NCBI RefSeq assembly: GCF_006345805.1
Contig: NC_043006.1
Span: 56,234,001-56,298,000 of the forward strand
Origin: Octopus sinensis
Lineage: Eukaryota
Length of the DNA stretch: 64,000 nucleotides
Direction of reading: 5' to 3'
In this document: piece after piece, positions 24,973-38,433 of the stretch
Layout of the letters: every line of letters starts with the position of its first letter
How positions within the stretch are numbered: position 1 is the stretch's first letter
Translations under genes and position numbers: made by a program
The notes under the pieces: generated by a model
What the model saw: the letters and a program-made list of their open reading frames with translations, nothing else
What the model was told of the DNA's origin: nothing
Database searches by the model: none

Positions 24973-25310
24973 ACAACTTATAAATAAGGGCGAGTATTTC
25001 TATTTTAGATGTATTTGGGGTATTTAATTCTGCTCATGACTTAGTGTTTTGCTTCTTCCATGGGTATGAGTAAGTATTTCATTTATTTCTTTGCCACATT
25101 TATCACTCACGAAGGGAGGTTTCTTACAAACTAACCCTGAAATCGGTCCGATATGGTAATAATGGAATTTTTTTAGAAATTTCTGTCGGCTTTTTTTTTT
25201 CGAGTAGCGTGCGTATTGTGAAAAATTATATGGTTATGGACAATATGTCCAACTTTCGGCATATTTGGCATTAGAAATTCTTTCGTTTGCCCTTATTTAT
25301 AAGTTGTTTA
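24973..25310 (+). mobile_element. PLE-type family D remnant with 19-bp inverted ends and a decayed hammerhead (25101-25153)
   Basis: ACAACTTATAAATAAGGGC / GCCCTTATTTATAAGTTGT; TATCA-CTCACGA-AGGG...CCCT-GAAA-TCGG-TC-CGATA. Confidence 0.6.
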
Positions 25311-25379
25311 TAATTTTAACCGTTAAAGGTATTTTTTAAGGAAGTTTAAATGAATTTTTATGCCCACTATAAAATGCAA

Positions 25380-25900
25380 TTAGCAGGTCTAAGGTTTATG
25401 AAAATTGTTTTATGAATTTCAAGCAAACCGTAAATCTTTTCAGAACAATACCATAAGAAAATCACCAGACATATGTTTTGATTAGTACAGTCAACATATA
25501 CCTTGATTAGTAGAGTCAATGTTTTGTAATGCACAGTGTTTTGTAGTAGGAAATTTAGACCTCTTGTTTTTATATTGTCTACAACTTTGGCAAGGAAAGA
25601 CATAACTTCCATGCATTGGCAAGAGTAAGTTCGAGCGCAGAGTGCTTTTTCATGGTTAATAAAGGGAAAAGGTGGTCATTTTTATCAAGTGAATATATCA
25701 GTAGATATTTAAATCCTTTCTTTATTCTTTTCATATTTGTGATCCATCTGCTGTAACTAAAACGAAATCTGTAGAGCTTATTTCTTTCTGTGTCAAACTA
25801 TCCAAAAAAGCCTCACAAATAAAATCTTCCCCACTTCTCCTTTAAATGGTATCAATACAGTCAATTATTCATGAAAAAAACCTTTGAATTATACTATGTG
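25380..25900 (-). pseudogene. Degenerate hAT (Buster/Charlie-type) transposase fragment
   Basis: Minus-strand VTADGS, INHEKALCAR and MEVMSFLAKVVDNIKTRGLN resemble the TDGA, HCxxHxExLC and IxxRxLN blocks of hAT transposases. Confidence 0.55.
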
Positions 25901-26742
25901 ATCTGTTGAACATTATCTACATCAGATGACTCATTAATATGAATGAATATACTGGAGCAGAATTAATATCTTTGATTTTCTATTCGATATTTAATGCCAT
26001 ATCAACGCCTCTTCTATTGATTGTTCTTGCAGTGAGAATTTCCTTTGATATTAATAATTATATCATTTAAGTCATAAAATCAAACCTCGGCAATATCTGT
26101 CAGGCATGCAGTGACCGACAACACTATATCATAGCCGAGTCTATTGTGGGTCTGACAATATATTCCTAGGCTGCAAATGAAAGTGAAAGGGAGCCGTGGC
26201 CGTTGGCGTGATGATCGCGTTTTATTGGTTAATTTTCAAATCATTCAACCAATGAGCGATAGTTTGGCACGGAGCTGTCTTCAAGGAATTTGTCTTACTC
26301 ATTTTCGCCTTCTCTTCGTTGCATGGCATGTCGTTTTAGATTTTGTTAATGATTTTCTAAAAATTAATATTAATATTTTAAAAAATACATAGCTTTATAG
26401 TACAGCTTATAATATACTAGCTGGTGTTCAGTATCTCTCCGTATGATATTAAACAAATACGATAATTATTATCGATTTTACTGTACATTTTTTAAATATT
26501 GTGACAGTCACAGTATTCCAGTTGCTCGGCGTTTGGGTATCAGTTTAATAAAGGCCGCCACACCATTAGCAGAAATACGGTACATATATAAAATATTACA
26601 AGCGTTGCCTTAAAAAGTACGAAACTAGAGTTGAAAAATGCGCACGCTCAAAAGGTTTACAGAATGTAATAATAAACGTTAAAATGTATGGGACTAGTAT
26701 TGTTACTCAAAAATATTGGAATCACTATGTTGTACATCATTA

Positions 26743-27165
26743 AGGCGGCGAGCTGGCAGAAACGTTTGCACGCCGAGCGAAATGCTTAGCGGTTTTTCGT
26801 CTGCCGCTACGTTCTGAGTTCAAATTCCGCCGAGGTCGACTTTGTCTTTCATCATTTCGGGGTCGATAAATTAAGTACCGGTTCACTGGGGTCGATGTAA
26901 TCGACTTAATCCGTTTGTCTGTCCTTGTTCGTCCTCTCTGTGTCTAGACCCTTGTGGATAGTAAAGAAATAAGAAACGTTAGCACGCCGGGCGAAATGCT
27001 TAGTGTTATTTTGTCTGTCTTTACATTCTGAGTTCAAATTCCTCCGAGGTCGACTTGCTTTTCATCCTTTCGGAGTCGATGAATTAAGTATCAGTTGCAT
27101 ACTGAGGTCGATCTAATTGACTGGCCCCTCCCCCCAAATTTCGGGCCTTATGCCTTGAGTAGAAA
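26743..27165 (+). mobile_element. Two head-to-tail Nin-like tRNA SINEs
   Basis: GGCGGCGAGCTGGCAGAAACG head; second unit resumes at AGAAACGTTAGCACGCC straight after the AAAGAAATA tail. Confidence 0.9.
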
Positions 27166-27798
27166 ATTTTCCTACGATGAATATTTAAGTAAAAATATAT
27201 AAATATTTATATATCAACAGGGTAAACTTACACAGAGAACAAAGACACATTATCTCCTTATCTGCTCACCGCGATTCCACTCTTTACCTCGTGGATTTGA
27301 TCCGCGATAAACTTTTCGCATTTCAAATCATTTCAGCGCCACAATTCTCTATCAGAAGCATGAAGCTTGTAGTAACTCGCATTTAAATCCTGTGTATCGT
27401 GAATGTTATTTATCTGATGCTGCACGAGGTATATTTTTGTCGATTCCGCCAATAACGGAATAAACCACACACACATGTCAGTATAGACATACATAAATAT
27501 AAATGAATGCGTGTGTCCTGCAAATAGTATATGCGTTTGATAGGCATAATCTGTCTTGTTAAACTTCCCCATTTCCTGGCTTCACAGCACATTTGGCAGA
27601 GCTCATATTGCTTTCAGCATTCAAGCCAGATTTCTTATTCCCTTTCTACCGCCAAATTACGGAGGCCCTGTAACAAAGGATTGTATGCATTACACTTCAT
27701 TCTCTGACGAAGCAGTTGAAGATAAAAATATTTTCTTTGTGCTTCAGATCAAATTCTTACAATTTATAAACATTGTCTAAGATTAAATATTGGCGCAT

Positions 27799-28180
27799 TG
27801 TGGTTGTGTGGTAAGAAGTTTTCTTCCTAGCCACACGGTTCCGGTTTCAGTTTCACTGCGTGGCACCTTAGGCAAATGTCTTTTTTTATAGTCTCGGACC
27901 GACCAAAGACATTTGAGTGGATTTGGTATACGGGAATTGAAAGACCTTCGAATGTGTGTCTTTGTGTCTGTGTCTGTCCCCTACCACAGCTTGACAGCCG
28001 GTGATGGTGTGTTTACGTCCCCGTAACGTAGGGGTTCGGCAATAAATACTTGGCTTGATATATATATATATATATAAGAAATGCGGTCGTTTCATTTGAC
28101 TTGAAAAATTCAATGCGATGCCTCATCATGGCCACAGTCTAATGACTGAAACAAGTAAAAAAAAGATAAAACAGGTAAAA
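27799..28180 (+). mobile_element. CORE-like tRNA SINE
   Basis: Homolog of 23251-23649. Confidence 0.8.
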
Positions 28181-28923
28181 GAGAAGATATTAATTACCTA
28201 TTTTTCCGGCGAGGAGACCAGCTTGTCTTCGAAATATTGCATGCCTCTGAAAAAATAAGAGGAAAAATATTTAGAAATAGTTACAGGAGTTCCATTTCTC
28301 CTCTTAACATCACTGCAACAAAGAATGCAAAATACAATTGCAACTGGTACCACTACTACCACAAACACATTTCCATAAATACTATAAATACTACAGCAAC
28401 GACTGTCAAAACTTCCGCTGCTAACAAAAGCGTACCACAAATGAACTGGTATGTGGTTGTTTGAGCTGCAAAAACTAACCGCTATATTTCGCTTCAAAGC
28501 ACACCCCTACCATTTTTTCCTAAAGAGGATATGCTGGGAAATGAACGATAATGAAAACGATGGGTGGCAAAGGCTGTAATGCCTTTATCAGATGTTGGTT
28601 CGGAGATGCGTATTTCATGCACTTAATTTTCTAAGAGGCAAATCACTCTATTTGAAAATGGGAACCTGAGAGTATGAACAACTCATCATTTGAACTCGTG
28701 TCACTATGAAATAGACAAAACTTTGTTAGGACCAATTGGCGGACTTAATTCATGCATGCATACATAAATAGGGGTTTAACTTAATGTTATGAATTAAAAC
28801 AATTCTTTACATAAGTAAAACCACACGTTTAATAAAAGAAATATCTACAGTTTTAATGATAAATCATGTCAAAAAAAAGAAAGACATATGAAATAACTCT
28901 GAAGTGGTTGTGTGAATAGCTCA

Positions 28924-29345
28924 GGCGTAGCTGTGAGGTTTGCTTCCAAATCAAATGGTTCTGAATTCAGTCCCAATGCGTACTACTTTTGGCAAGTGTC
29001 TTCTACTATAGTCCCAGGCCGTCCAAAGTTATGCGTAGATTCGGTGGACACAAACTGAAAAAAGTTCGTCATATATACGTGTGTGTGCGTGTTTGTGTGT
29101 GAATGAATGTATATGTATATATGTGTGTATGTATGTATCTATGTGTATTAGTGCCTGTCCGCCATGCTTGACAAGCAGTGTTGGCTTCTTTACGTCCCCA
29201 TAACTTAGCATTTCGGCAAAGAGAACAATGGAATGAATACCATGCTTAAAAATTAGTACTGGAGTCGATTGCGAAAACTAAATCCTTCAAAGTGGTGCTT
29301 CAGCATGGCTGCAGTCCAATGACTGAAGCATGTATACGATAAAAG
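28924..29345 (+). mobile_element. CORE-like tRNA SINE
   Basis: Homolog of 23251-23649. Confidence 0.8.
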
Positions 29346-29432
29346 AATGGTTTAGTGCAGTGGTCTAGTGCAGCATTTTGATCTAATAATCTATCTATCT
29401 ATCTATCTGTCTGTCTGTCTGTCTGCCTGTCC

Positions 29433-29465
<33 letters not shown>

Positions 29466-29724
29466 GCTATCTAGGTTAACCCTCAGGACGCCCCATGCGT
29501 GTATACTTAAATGGGGGATCTAATAACAACCGTCAACTGCTCAGTACTTTAGTTGCTTACAGTGAGACGAGCATTGCTCTCCATCCACATTACTAAACTC
29601 TGTCCATCTTCTTTGGGCTGAATCATTGATCATAAAGTATATTTTCGAGGTAAAAAGAAGAAAAATCGAAACCGGTTACGAATTCTGACGCGTTTGATGT
29701 AGGACAATACAATACTTATTTAGT

Positions 29725-30165
29725 AGGCAAGCCAACGAACTGACAGAATCGTGAGAACGCTGGGCAAAATGCTTGGCAGCATTAGGTCTACCTTAATGTT
29801 CTGAGTTCAAATTCCACCGTGGCTGGCTTAGCCTTTCATCCTATCGGGTTCGTTAAAATAAATATCAGTCGATCACTGGGATCGATGCTTTGCAATATTT
29901 CGTCCGCCTTTACGCTGAGTTCCAATTCCACGGCGGTTGACTTTGCCTGTCATCCTTCCGAGGTCGTTAAAATAAATACCAGTCAATCACTGGGTGGGGG
30001 ATGATGTAATCGACTTACCACCTCCCACGAAATTGCTGGCCTTGTGACAAAATGTGAAACTGATATCTATTTTGCAGGCTATCAATTCGTCTTTGAAACC
30101 TCAGACAAAATACCGGTGCTTTGCATTTTGAGTTCAAATCCTGCCGAGATAACCTAGCTTGTGTT
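29725..30165 (+). mobile_element. Cluster of old Nin-like SINE copies
   Basis: Three TGAGTTCMAATYC B-box blocks, the first two followed by CCTTTCATCC-like domains. Confidence 0.75.
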
Positions 30166-30489
30166 CCTTCGGTTTTCAATGACTGAAGAACCAATGTCAT
30201 GCAGTAAATCGGTGGTATCGTTCGAGCTTCGTATTGGATTGCTTGCAGTACTGGTTCCTTGTTCTTGGTCTTCTGAGTTGAAATTTTATCATGGCTATTG
30301 GCCAACTTTAGAGGCGTTCACTCTGTTGTATGCATTCCGTCCAGATGCCCAATTTCAGGACGTCTTCTACTCCATTCACGATAAGGAGGCCTTATGAGTG
30401 ATTTATGTACTCGGGCCCTTCGTCCTGACGACGAAACAAATTGTTATAAGCCTTATAACGGCAGCAATAAAGAAGTCGAATGGAAAAAA

Positions 30490-30805
30490 ATAGAACTAGA
30501 AGAATTCCAAGAAGAAGAACAATGACAACAACAACAACAACAAAAAGAGGAAGAAGAAGAACAACAACAACAATAACAACAATAACAACAATAACAACAA
30601 GAACAAGAACAAGAAGGAGGAGGTGGAGAAGAAGAAGAAGAAGAAGAAGAAGAAGAAGAAGAAGAAGAAGAAGAAAAAGAAGAAAAGGAAGAAATAAAAA
30701 AGAAAGAAAAAAGACAGGAAGGACAAAAGGAAAAGCAGCGGCAACTGTACAAGATTAGATAAAAATGAAGAGAAAGAAGGAGGAAGAGGAGGGGGAAGAG
30801 GAGGC
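30490..30805. repeat. Compound (AAC)n/(AAG)n/(AGG)n microsatellite
   Basis: Seen directly; explains ORFs 30453-30825. Confidence 0.95.
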
Positions 30806-31484
30806 GATGTAAATAAGTAAGACAAAAAGAAATTAAATTACAAGAAATACGCGTAAAATTAGTCGCCCTTTATCCATTTATTACAGAGTCTAATTCTGTC
30901 AATAGTCGCAATTTTGGCTAACTAGGTATTGCTGTTCAGCGACATTCTGTTCGTCTTCTTTTTACTCCCTCTTTTATCAATTTCTGATCCATTATATTAA
31001 TAATAAACATTCAATTTCCTTCAATAATTACTTGTTATATTGGAAGAAAATTGTATTTTAACGATGTGATTGCTATAGACAATTACAGTCATTTAGTTGA
31101 TTAAGTACAAAGTGGTATACATCGGTCATCAAAAATTTCTCGTGTTAGATTAAATTAGCAGAAATAGGGGAAAAATGTTGATGGCAATTTATTTATGCAG
31201 ATTGAATAAATGTATGATAATGAAATATGTCACAAACCCAGATACACCATTTAAAACACACACAGAAATGCATATACACGTATGTACGCGTGCACACATA
31301 CAGAGCGTTTTTACGCCAAGCACACTAACATGCATATATACAATGATAAACGTAGTCACAGCTTGAATTTTCTTTAGTTTGAGTATTTTATGAACTCCAC
31401 ACTTCATTGTATCTTGTCTAATACTATAGCCTGGGGCGAACCAGAGCCTTGTGAGTGGATTTGGTAGGCCCGTCCAATATATAT

Positions 31485-32568
31485 AAACGGAACCACAAAA
31501 GAAATGCTGCACACATACTGAATAGAAATCAGTTTATTAACAGATTGCTATAGCTCAGATTGGAGGGTGCTAATTAAGAAACCGTTCTTTCCTAACGATA
31601 AAACGTCATTTCATGAAACATGTTTGACGTCACATGGTGATGACGGAGTGATGACGGAGTGATGACGGAGTGATGACGGAGTGTCCTGGATCTAAAGAAA
31701 TGAACTCAATAACTCGTCTGACCACCGTTAGCGTTGATTATCGCTAAGTATCTTCTGTACATTCAATACACAAAATGATTGATGAAGGCCATGATGATTG
31801 CATCTTCCACACTTAAATTTTGCAGTGATTTGTGCCGCAGTTATCAGGCTTGGGCGGGTGTTATTTAGCCTTCTTTAAATTTTGTCCCTCAGGTGCTCTA
31901 TGGGGTTCAAGTCCGGACTTAGTGCTGGCAATGGCAGTGTCTGGATGTTGTGCTTTTTGAGGAAGTCTGTTGTCAACCTGGCAGTATAGGCACGGGCGTT
32001 GTCGTGCTAGAACTGTCTCTGCTCAATGGTCTGCCTAGCTGATTCCGTTGCCCTACGGAATCGGTCCTGCAAGTGCTGTCGGTGCAGGTGGCGCTCTTGA
32101 CGTGCCGTTGTAAACCTCGGTTGGCCACTGCATGGACAATCATCTGTGCTGTTTGTAGCAAGGTTTCGTCCCCTCAGCCGCCTCAATTGTCAGAATACTA
32201 CAATGGCCCTTCGATATTGACCAGCATAGAGACATCCGATGGCCTGCACCCACTGATTTCATGTCATCTCTAGTATGCTTGCTGCGTTCAGGAAACGAAT
32301 GACAGGTTTTTATACCCAATAATTACAAGTTTTGCATGTGCCTCATGCTTTTCATAAAAATTCGTTCACAAGCATTACCATGTTCAGGAAAAGTGAGCGG
32401 GTTCAAAACTTACATGCAATTCTTGTATTTTCAAAAGAGAGATGTTGTGAGTCAGTGACATCTATCTGATGTCAAATTACCTAGAAATGTGATAAAATTC
32501 ATATAAACTCAATATCGAGCGTGAAACAAATTATCATTTACAGTGCGTCGTTTCTTTTGTAGTTCAGT
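31485..32568 (-). mobile_element. Degenerate Tc1-type (DD34E) transposon
   Basis: TIRs GAACCACAAAAGAAATGCTGCAC / GTGCGTCGTTTCTTTTGTAGTTC; minus-strand PALSPDLNPIEHL; internal (GTGATGACGGA)x4 at ~31638-31681. Confidence 0.8.
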
Positions 32569-32578
32569 ATATATATAT

Positions 32579-32620
<42 letters not shown>

Positions 32621-32722
32621 TATATATATATATTATATATATATATATATATACATATATATATACACATATATATATATATACATATATATATACATAA
32701 ACATATATATATATATATATAT

Positions 32723-32753
<31 letters not shown>

Positions 32754-32758
32754 ATATA

Positions 32759-32791
<33 letters not shown>

Positions 32792-32824
32792 ATATGCAGA
32801 CACACACACATACATATACATATA

Positions 32825-34115
32825 CGAGGGGCGTTCAATAAGTAATGCCCCTGACCCACTTCCCATAGCAGTAGAGCAACGAAACTTGGCACAGGTATTA
32901 GTCTTTTTCTACATAGGAACAACCCAGAGGTACGCATTTCTCCCATCGTTTGATGCAGTTCTGGAGACCGTTTTCGTAGAAGACCCCAGCTTGGTCCTCC
33001 AACCACGACGTGACTTCAGAAATCAAGGCTGCATCATCTGGGAAACGCTTTCCTTTCAAAAACAACTTCATGGCTGGGAAGAGGTGAAAATCAGAGGGTG
33101 CAAGGTCAGGAGAGTAGGGGATGGGGGAAGAGTTCATAGCCGCACGCCTGTGCTTCTGATCTGGCGACACGCGAGTTGTGGACCGGAGCGTTGTCCTGCA
33201 GCAGGAGGATGCCTTTGCTGATCTTGCCCCGCCTCTTGGTTTCGATAGCTTCTCTTAATTTCCTCAAAAGTGAAACATGATAGGCTCCTGTAATTGTGGT
33301 ACCCTTTGCCAGGAAATCTGTCATCACTACTCCGTCCTGGTCCCAGAAGACTGTGAGCATGACCTTGCCAGCGGAAAGCTGCACCCTTGCCTTCTTTGGA
33401 GGAGGTGAGTCATGGTGCTTCCACTGCATTGACTGCGCTTTGGTCTCTGGATCATAGTGATGGACCCAGGTCTCATCCTGTGTAATCAGTCTTTTGAAAA
33501 ATTTTGACTCATCTTCTTGGCACATCCCTAAATTCTTGCTTCTGGAATTCTTGCGTTCTTGCTTCTGGAAAGGTGTGAGCAACCTGGAAATCCATCTGGC
33601 AGACACCTTTTGCATATGCAAATGGTCATGAATGATAGTTTCCACAGACCCGGTACTAATCTTGACCTCATGGGCTATTTGGCGAATAGTTATGCGTCGA
33701 TCTTCCAAAATGGCAGCCTCAACTTGACGGACAGATGCCTCATCAATGGCAGAAGGGGTGCGACCAGATCTGGGAGTTGTTTCCACAGAGTTCCGACCAT
33801 GTTTGAATTCACGATGCCAGCGTTTTACAAGGTCATATGATGGGGCATCATCACCATAAGTTACTTTCATTTCATTAAAAGTCTCCTGTGGTGTGCGTCA
33901 TTTCAAATACAAAAACTGGATCACTGCTCGACACTCAATATGCTCCATTTCCCACTTGACTCATTTCAAACACCTGTAAATCAGAAACCACAATTAGTTC
34001 GGAGCTGTAATTTGCCATTTAATCTATAGAGATATCAATAATTGTACATGCAAAATCTCAGCTAGATCAAACAAAGGCAAGTGGGTCAGAGGCATTACTT
34101 ATTGAACGCCCCTCG
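32825..34115 (-). mobile_element. Near full-length mariner (DD34D) transposon, 1291 bp, TA TSD
   Basis: Near-perfect TIR CGAGGGGCGTTCAATAAGTAATGCCYCTGACCCACTT at both ends, each flanked by TA. Confidence 0.95.
32898..33948 (-). pseudogene. Mariner transposase pseudogene
   Basis: MEHIECRAVIQFLYLK*; [49 protein letters not shown]; stop at 33898-33900 and a frameshift near 33120. Confidence 0.95.
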
Positions 34116-34283
34116 TATGTGTGTTTGTCGTCTGTATTATGAACCTGGTTCCATTGATTTATACTTCGTTTACCTGAACAAGAGACTAAAAAAAATATTT
34201 GGTATGAGAGAAATATGTATCCATGCACTTGTACATTCTTACTATCCTTGACCGTTTGCTTTCATGTTTTGCATTTAGTGCAT

Positions 34284-34328
<45 letters not shown>

Positions 34329-34499
34329 TTATATATATATATATATATACACAAAATCATAGATACTGATGATTACTACTTCCGACGTTCTGTTAACTAT
34401 GAAATATGTAGTCTGGATTTTATCAACACCATTCTATAATTTGGGATTTTTATTCGTATACACAGCAACCCCTGCTGCTAACCGTAACGATAAACGTAA

Positions 34500-34805
34500 A
34501 CGTCACCCTTTTCAAGCCTGGCCAGGCTCATGAGCCCGGTTTACCGGTTTCTGTGGCGTATATGCTCCCCTCAGCTGGACGGGACGCCAGTCCATCGTAG
34601 TGTTACTCAAGAAACAGGAAGAGAGAGTGAAAGTTGTGGCGAAAGAGTATAACAGGGGTCGCCACCATCCCCTGTCGGAGACTTGTGGAGCTCTTTTAGG
34701 TGTTTTCGCTCAATAAACACACACAACGCCCGGTCTGGGAATCGAAACCACGATCCTCCGACCGTGAGTTCGCTGTCTTAACCACTGGGCCATTGCGCCT
34801 CCACC
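34500..34805 (-). mobile_element. tRNA-derived SINE
   Basis: Minus-strand head GGAGGCGCAATGGCCCAGTGGTTAAG...GGTTTCGATTCCCAGACCGG. Confidence 0.8.
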
Positions 34806-36029
34806 TACTAACCATAAGCCATAGAAAAAGAACTTTTGCAGCTTATCGAGCTTCGATACGGTAAAAGTTTGCAGTCTTCTACGTGAATAGACTACTATTG
34901 TTTCTGAAAGTTGTTTTTTTATAACTTCTACGGACTGCTTGAAGATTACAAACTTCCTACACCTTGATACTGAATCTTACCCTTACATCATATATATATA
35001 TATATAATATATATATATACGGTGAGAGAGTTGGTATGTGAAAGCACGTGGTTAGATGTATAAAAAAGAAAATGGAATGACAAAACTACAGAAGATTTGT
35101 ATTATATGGTTAAAAGTATATTAAAATCGTCATGTTAGGAAAATGTGTGTAGTGATATTGTTTTTGTAGAAATAACCGGATTCGTGGGTTTTTTTTCAAG
35201 TTTTTCAAATTCATTTACAGATACAGTGTCATCTCTTCGCTATTGTGTAATGCAGAAGAGTTCCAAACAGGAGGAGGTAATCAGGGATTTTTCGGTATAA
35301 GGGAGATAATAAAAATTGTTGGGAACGATTAGGTTTTGTTAATTTAACATGATTTTGTTTTGATAGAATAAAATGATTAAGTTTTGGTCTATATTTTTCA
35401 ATGAGTTAAGTTTCCTTCCCAGCAATACTACCCCATCATTTTGAGATGTTATGGAGGAGATGGGGGAGAAAAATGGTCAAATTGTTTGTGACAACACTAA
35501 AAAGAAAGATTCATTAGAAGAAAATACCGAATATAAAATAAAGGCAAATTCAAGTTACGGACCAACAAAACTGACATAGCTCATTTCGTATGCTGCACAT
35601 AAAAATTGAATCATTAATGAACGATCTGAACGAATTACTGGAAGACTTCGAAAAACAAAATACGCAACTATACAAAGAACGAGGTCGGGGTATGTGGATC
35701 ATGTCAGAAAGATCATATCAGAAAAATACGGCAATGTAAATTTCGGTGCGTGTGAACTATTATATTTAAACTCTAGCAAACACGGGATCCCTTTATTGTT
35801 TATACACCAACAAAGGAACTACTTATAAAACCTTTTGTGACAATAGACTATTCGTCACTAGTATGAGTTGCTCAAGACTTCATCAAAACTAGTGACCCAA
35901 ATTTTCTGCCTTTTATTTATCAACTTTCAACTCGTCTATTATATAAACTACCCATCCCTATCTTTATATAACGCCCACATGCGGCTAAAAAGGAATCATT
36001 ACCCCTTCCCTCGCTTCTCATTATCATTA

Positions 36030-36975
36030 TAAGAGCAGCGAGCAGACAGGATCTTTAACACGCCGTGTAAAATGCTTTGTGTTGTTTTTTTCCCGATCTT
36101 TGCGTTCTGAATTCAAATACTAACGAAGTTGACTTTGCCTTTCATCCGTTCGGGATCGATAAAATAAGCAGCCACTGGAGTAATGGGGTCGGTGTAACTG
36201 ATTTACCCTCTACCTCGTAGCTGTTGGCCTTGTGCCAAACTTTGAAAATATTTTTACTAAGCAGGCGCAAGGCGACGAATTGGCTGAATCGCGCTGAACG
36301 AAATGCATAGCGGCAATTGCCCTAGCTTTACATTCTGATCTCAGATTCCGCCGAGTTCGACATTAATCATTTTGGGGTCGAGGAAACATGTACCTAAGGC
36401 GGCGAGCTGACAGAACTTTTAGCACGCAGGGCGAAATGCGTAGCCGTATTTCGTCTGCCGTTACGTTCTGAGTTCAAATTCCGCCGAGGTCGACTTTGCC
36501 TTTCATCCTTTCGATGTCGATATATTAAGTACCAGTTACGCACTGGGGTCGATATCATCGACTTAATCCGTTTGTCTGTCCTTGTTTGTCCCCTCTGTGT
36601 TTAGCCCCTTGTGGGTAATAAAGAAACAGATGAACCATGTACCAGGAGAGTACCAGGAGAGTAATCGTCTAACCCCTTCCCCCAAATTTCAGGCCTTGTG
36701 TCTGCAGTAGATAAGGAAGGAGGTGACATAGCAGAATCATTAACGCATCAGACAATACACTTAGTGGTATTTCTTCCAAAGCTTTATGTTCTACGTTCAA
36801 ATCGCATCCAGTTCAACCTTGCCTTTCATTTTTGTGAGGTTGATAATCTAAAACACCAGTCTAATACTGGGGTTGATGTTATCAACCTAACCCTTTCCTT
36901 CAAAATGATCCACTTTAGCATTCATTCCTGCAGGGGTCGATAAAATACAGCATAAGTCAAGTACTAAGGTCGGTT
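36030..36975 (+). mobile_element. Co-oriented cluster of ~5 Nin-like SINE copies, with a young copy nested at ~36395-36630
   Basis: Repeated head, B-box and CCTTTCATCC blocks; the nested copy is flanked by GAAACATGTACC / GAACCATGTACC. Confidence 0.85.
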
Positions 36976-37018
36976 TAATTTTCCGAATTACTCGCTTTGT
37001 GCCTTTGTTAAAAGATTT

Positions 37019-37133
37019 AGCAGCAGCAGCCGCAGCAGCCGCAGCAGTAGCAGCAGCAGCAGAAGCAACAGCAGCAGCAACAGTAGTAGTAGTAGTAGTA
37101 GTAGTAGTAGCAGCAGCAGCAGCAACACCAGCA
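37019..37133. repeat. (CAG)n/(TAG)n compound microsatellite
   Basis: Seen directly. Confidence 0.95.
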
Positions 37134-38362
37134 GATTTCTCGGACGTATGTTATCTCATTGTAGTTAATATAAATCTTATACTCATGTTTTCCCAAAGTC
37201 TTTGAAAATGAAGTCATCAGAACTTGAATTATTCTTTTCGTTTAAGGAAAGATTCTACTAAAGTTTTATCCATTAATACGAATCCCTTCTTCCGTAAAAT
37301 TGAATATTTATGATACGTGCTTGTAAGGAAAATGACGTATTCCGTGTGAATTTAGCCTCGTTGACCAAAATCCCCTGACAACAATGATAGTAAACTCGAA
37401 GCAGTAAAATAGGATACGAATTGTCCGTTTCAAAGAGGAGCAATAACAAAACTACTTAACGATTCTTCTATAGAATTCTTTTATATTAACATTGAATTTG
37501 GTTGATTGTTACAGCATTTGTTGGTTGATTGTTAGAAATTTATAGATTTGTTTTGCATACCGAAGGTGCTATTGACTCTAGTAGAATCTTAGAAGATTAT
37601 TTTGAATTCCATTAAGTGCTTACGTTGGCTTCTTTTCATCAATGAAGCCAGTCTTCTTGAGACTGTTATACACAAACATTCCAGCTAAATTATGGTTTCC
37701 ATTATATTTGACACTTTTATAAATAGTCTATCGTTTTATCATATTAAAATGTTGTGGGGGAAACAACATCTGACCATATATTAATATACAGTTACATAAA
37801 GTAGCTTTGTTGGCTGAACTGATTATCTTTATGAAAAGAAAAAGACAAAAAACAGAGCGTTCTCTCAATTTTTGTATCTCGTTTACTTTCATAACATTGT
37901 AACAGTACTGCATATTCGATGTCAGTTACGTACATTTAAGGTCTGAAATTTTAAGGCATTCACTGACCAAGATTGTCTGCGCAGTCAAAAATATAAACGA
38001 AGAACTGAAGAAAAAACTCTTGAGCACTTGTTACAGTTGTCTCCGCTTCACACTACTAATGTTTATACAAGCGAAAGACTAACTGAATAGCGCCGATACG
38101 GCTTAATACATCGCAAGTCTTACTGTCAGAAGAGAATAGGTACGGCAAGTGTCTCGTATAATCCTGTAATAGTGCAATCCATTATTCTGAAGTGGTAAAT
38201 TTTTACGACTCAGAAAAGACAAACGGCACAGTTAACTGCGGTATGATTTGAAATCAGATGGAAGAGATGCTCCTCTAACAAGTCATATACATACACACTC
38301 AATATATATTATCCATATATACTATGTATATCTATCTATTGTTCTCTCTCTCTCTCTCCCTT

Positions 38363-38398
<36 letters not shown>

Positions 38399-38433
38399 TA
38401 TATAATGTATGTGTGTGTGTGTGTGTGTGTATA

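Noticed and set aside
30425-30437. CTGACGACGAAAC minimal hammerhead-like string
   Set aside because: No room for stem II and no stem I pairing
35480-35900. Possible very old PLE endonuclease remnant
   Set aside because: Only a vague YVGS-like word; too decayed to support
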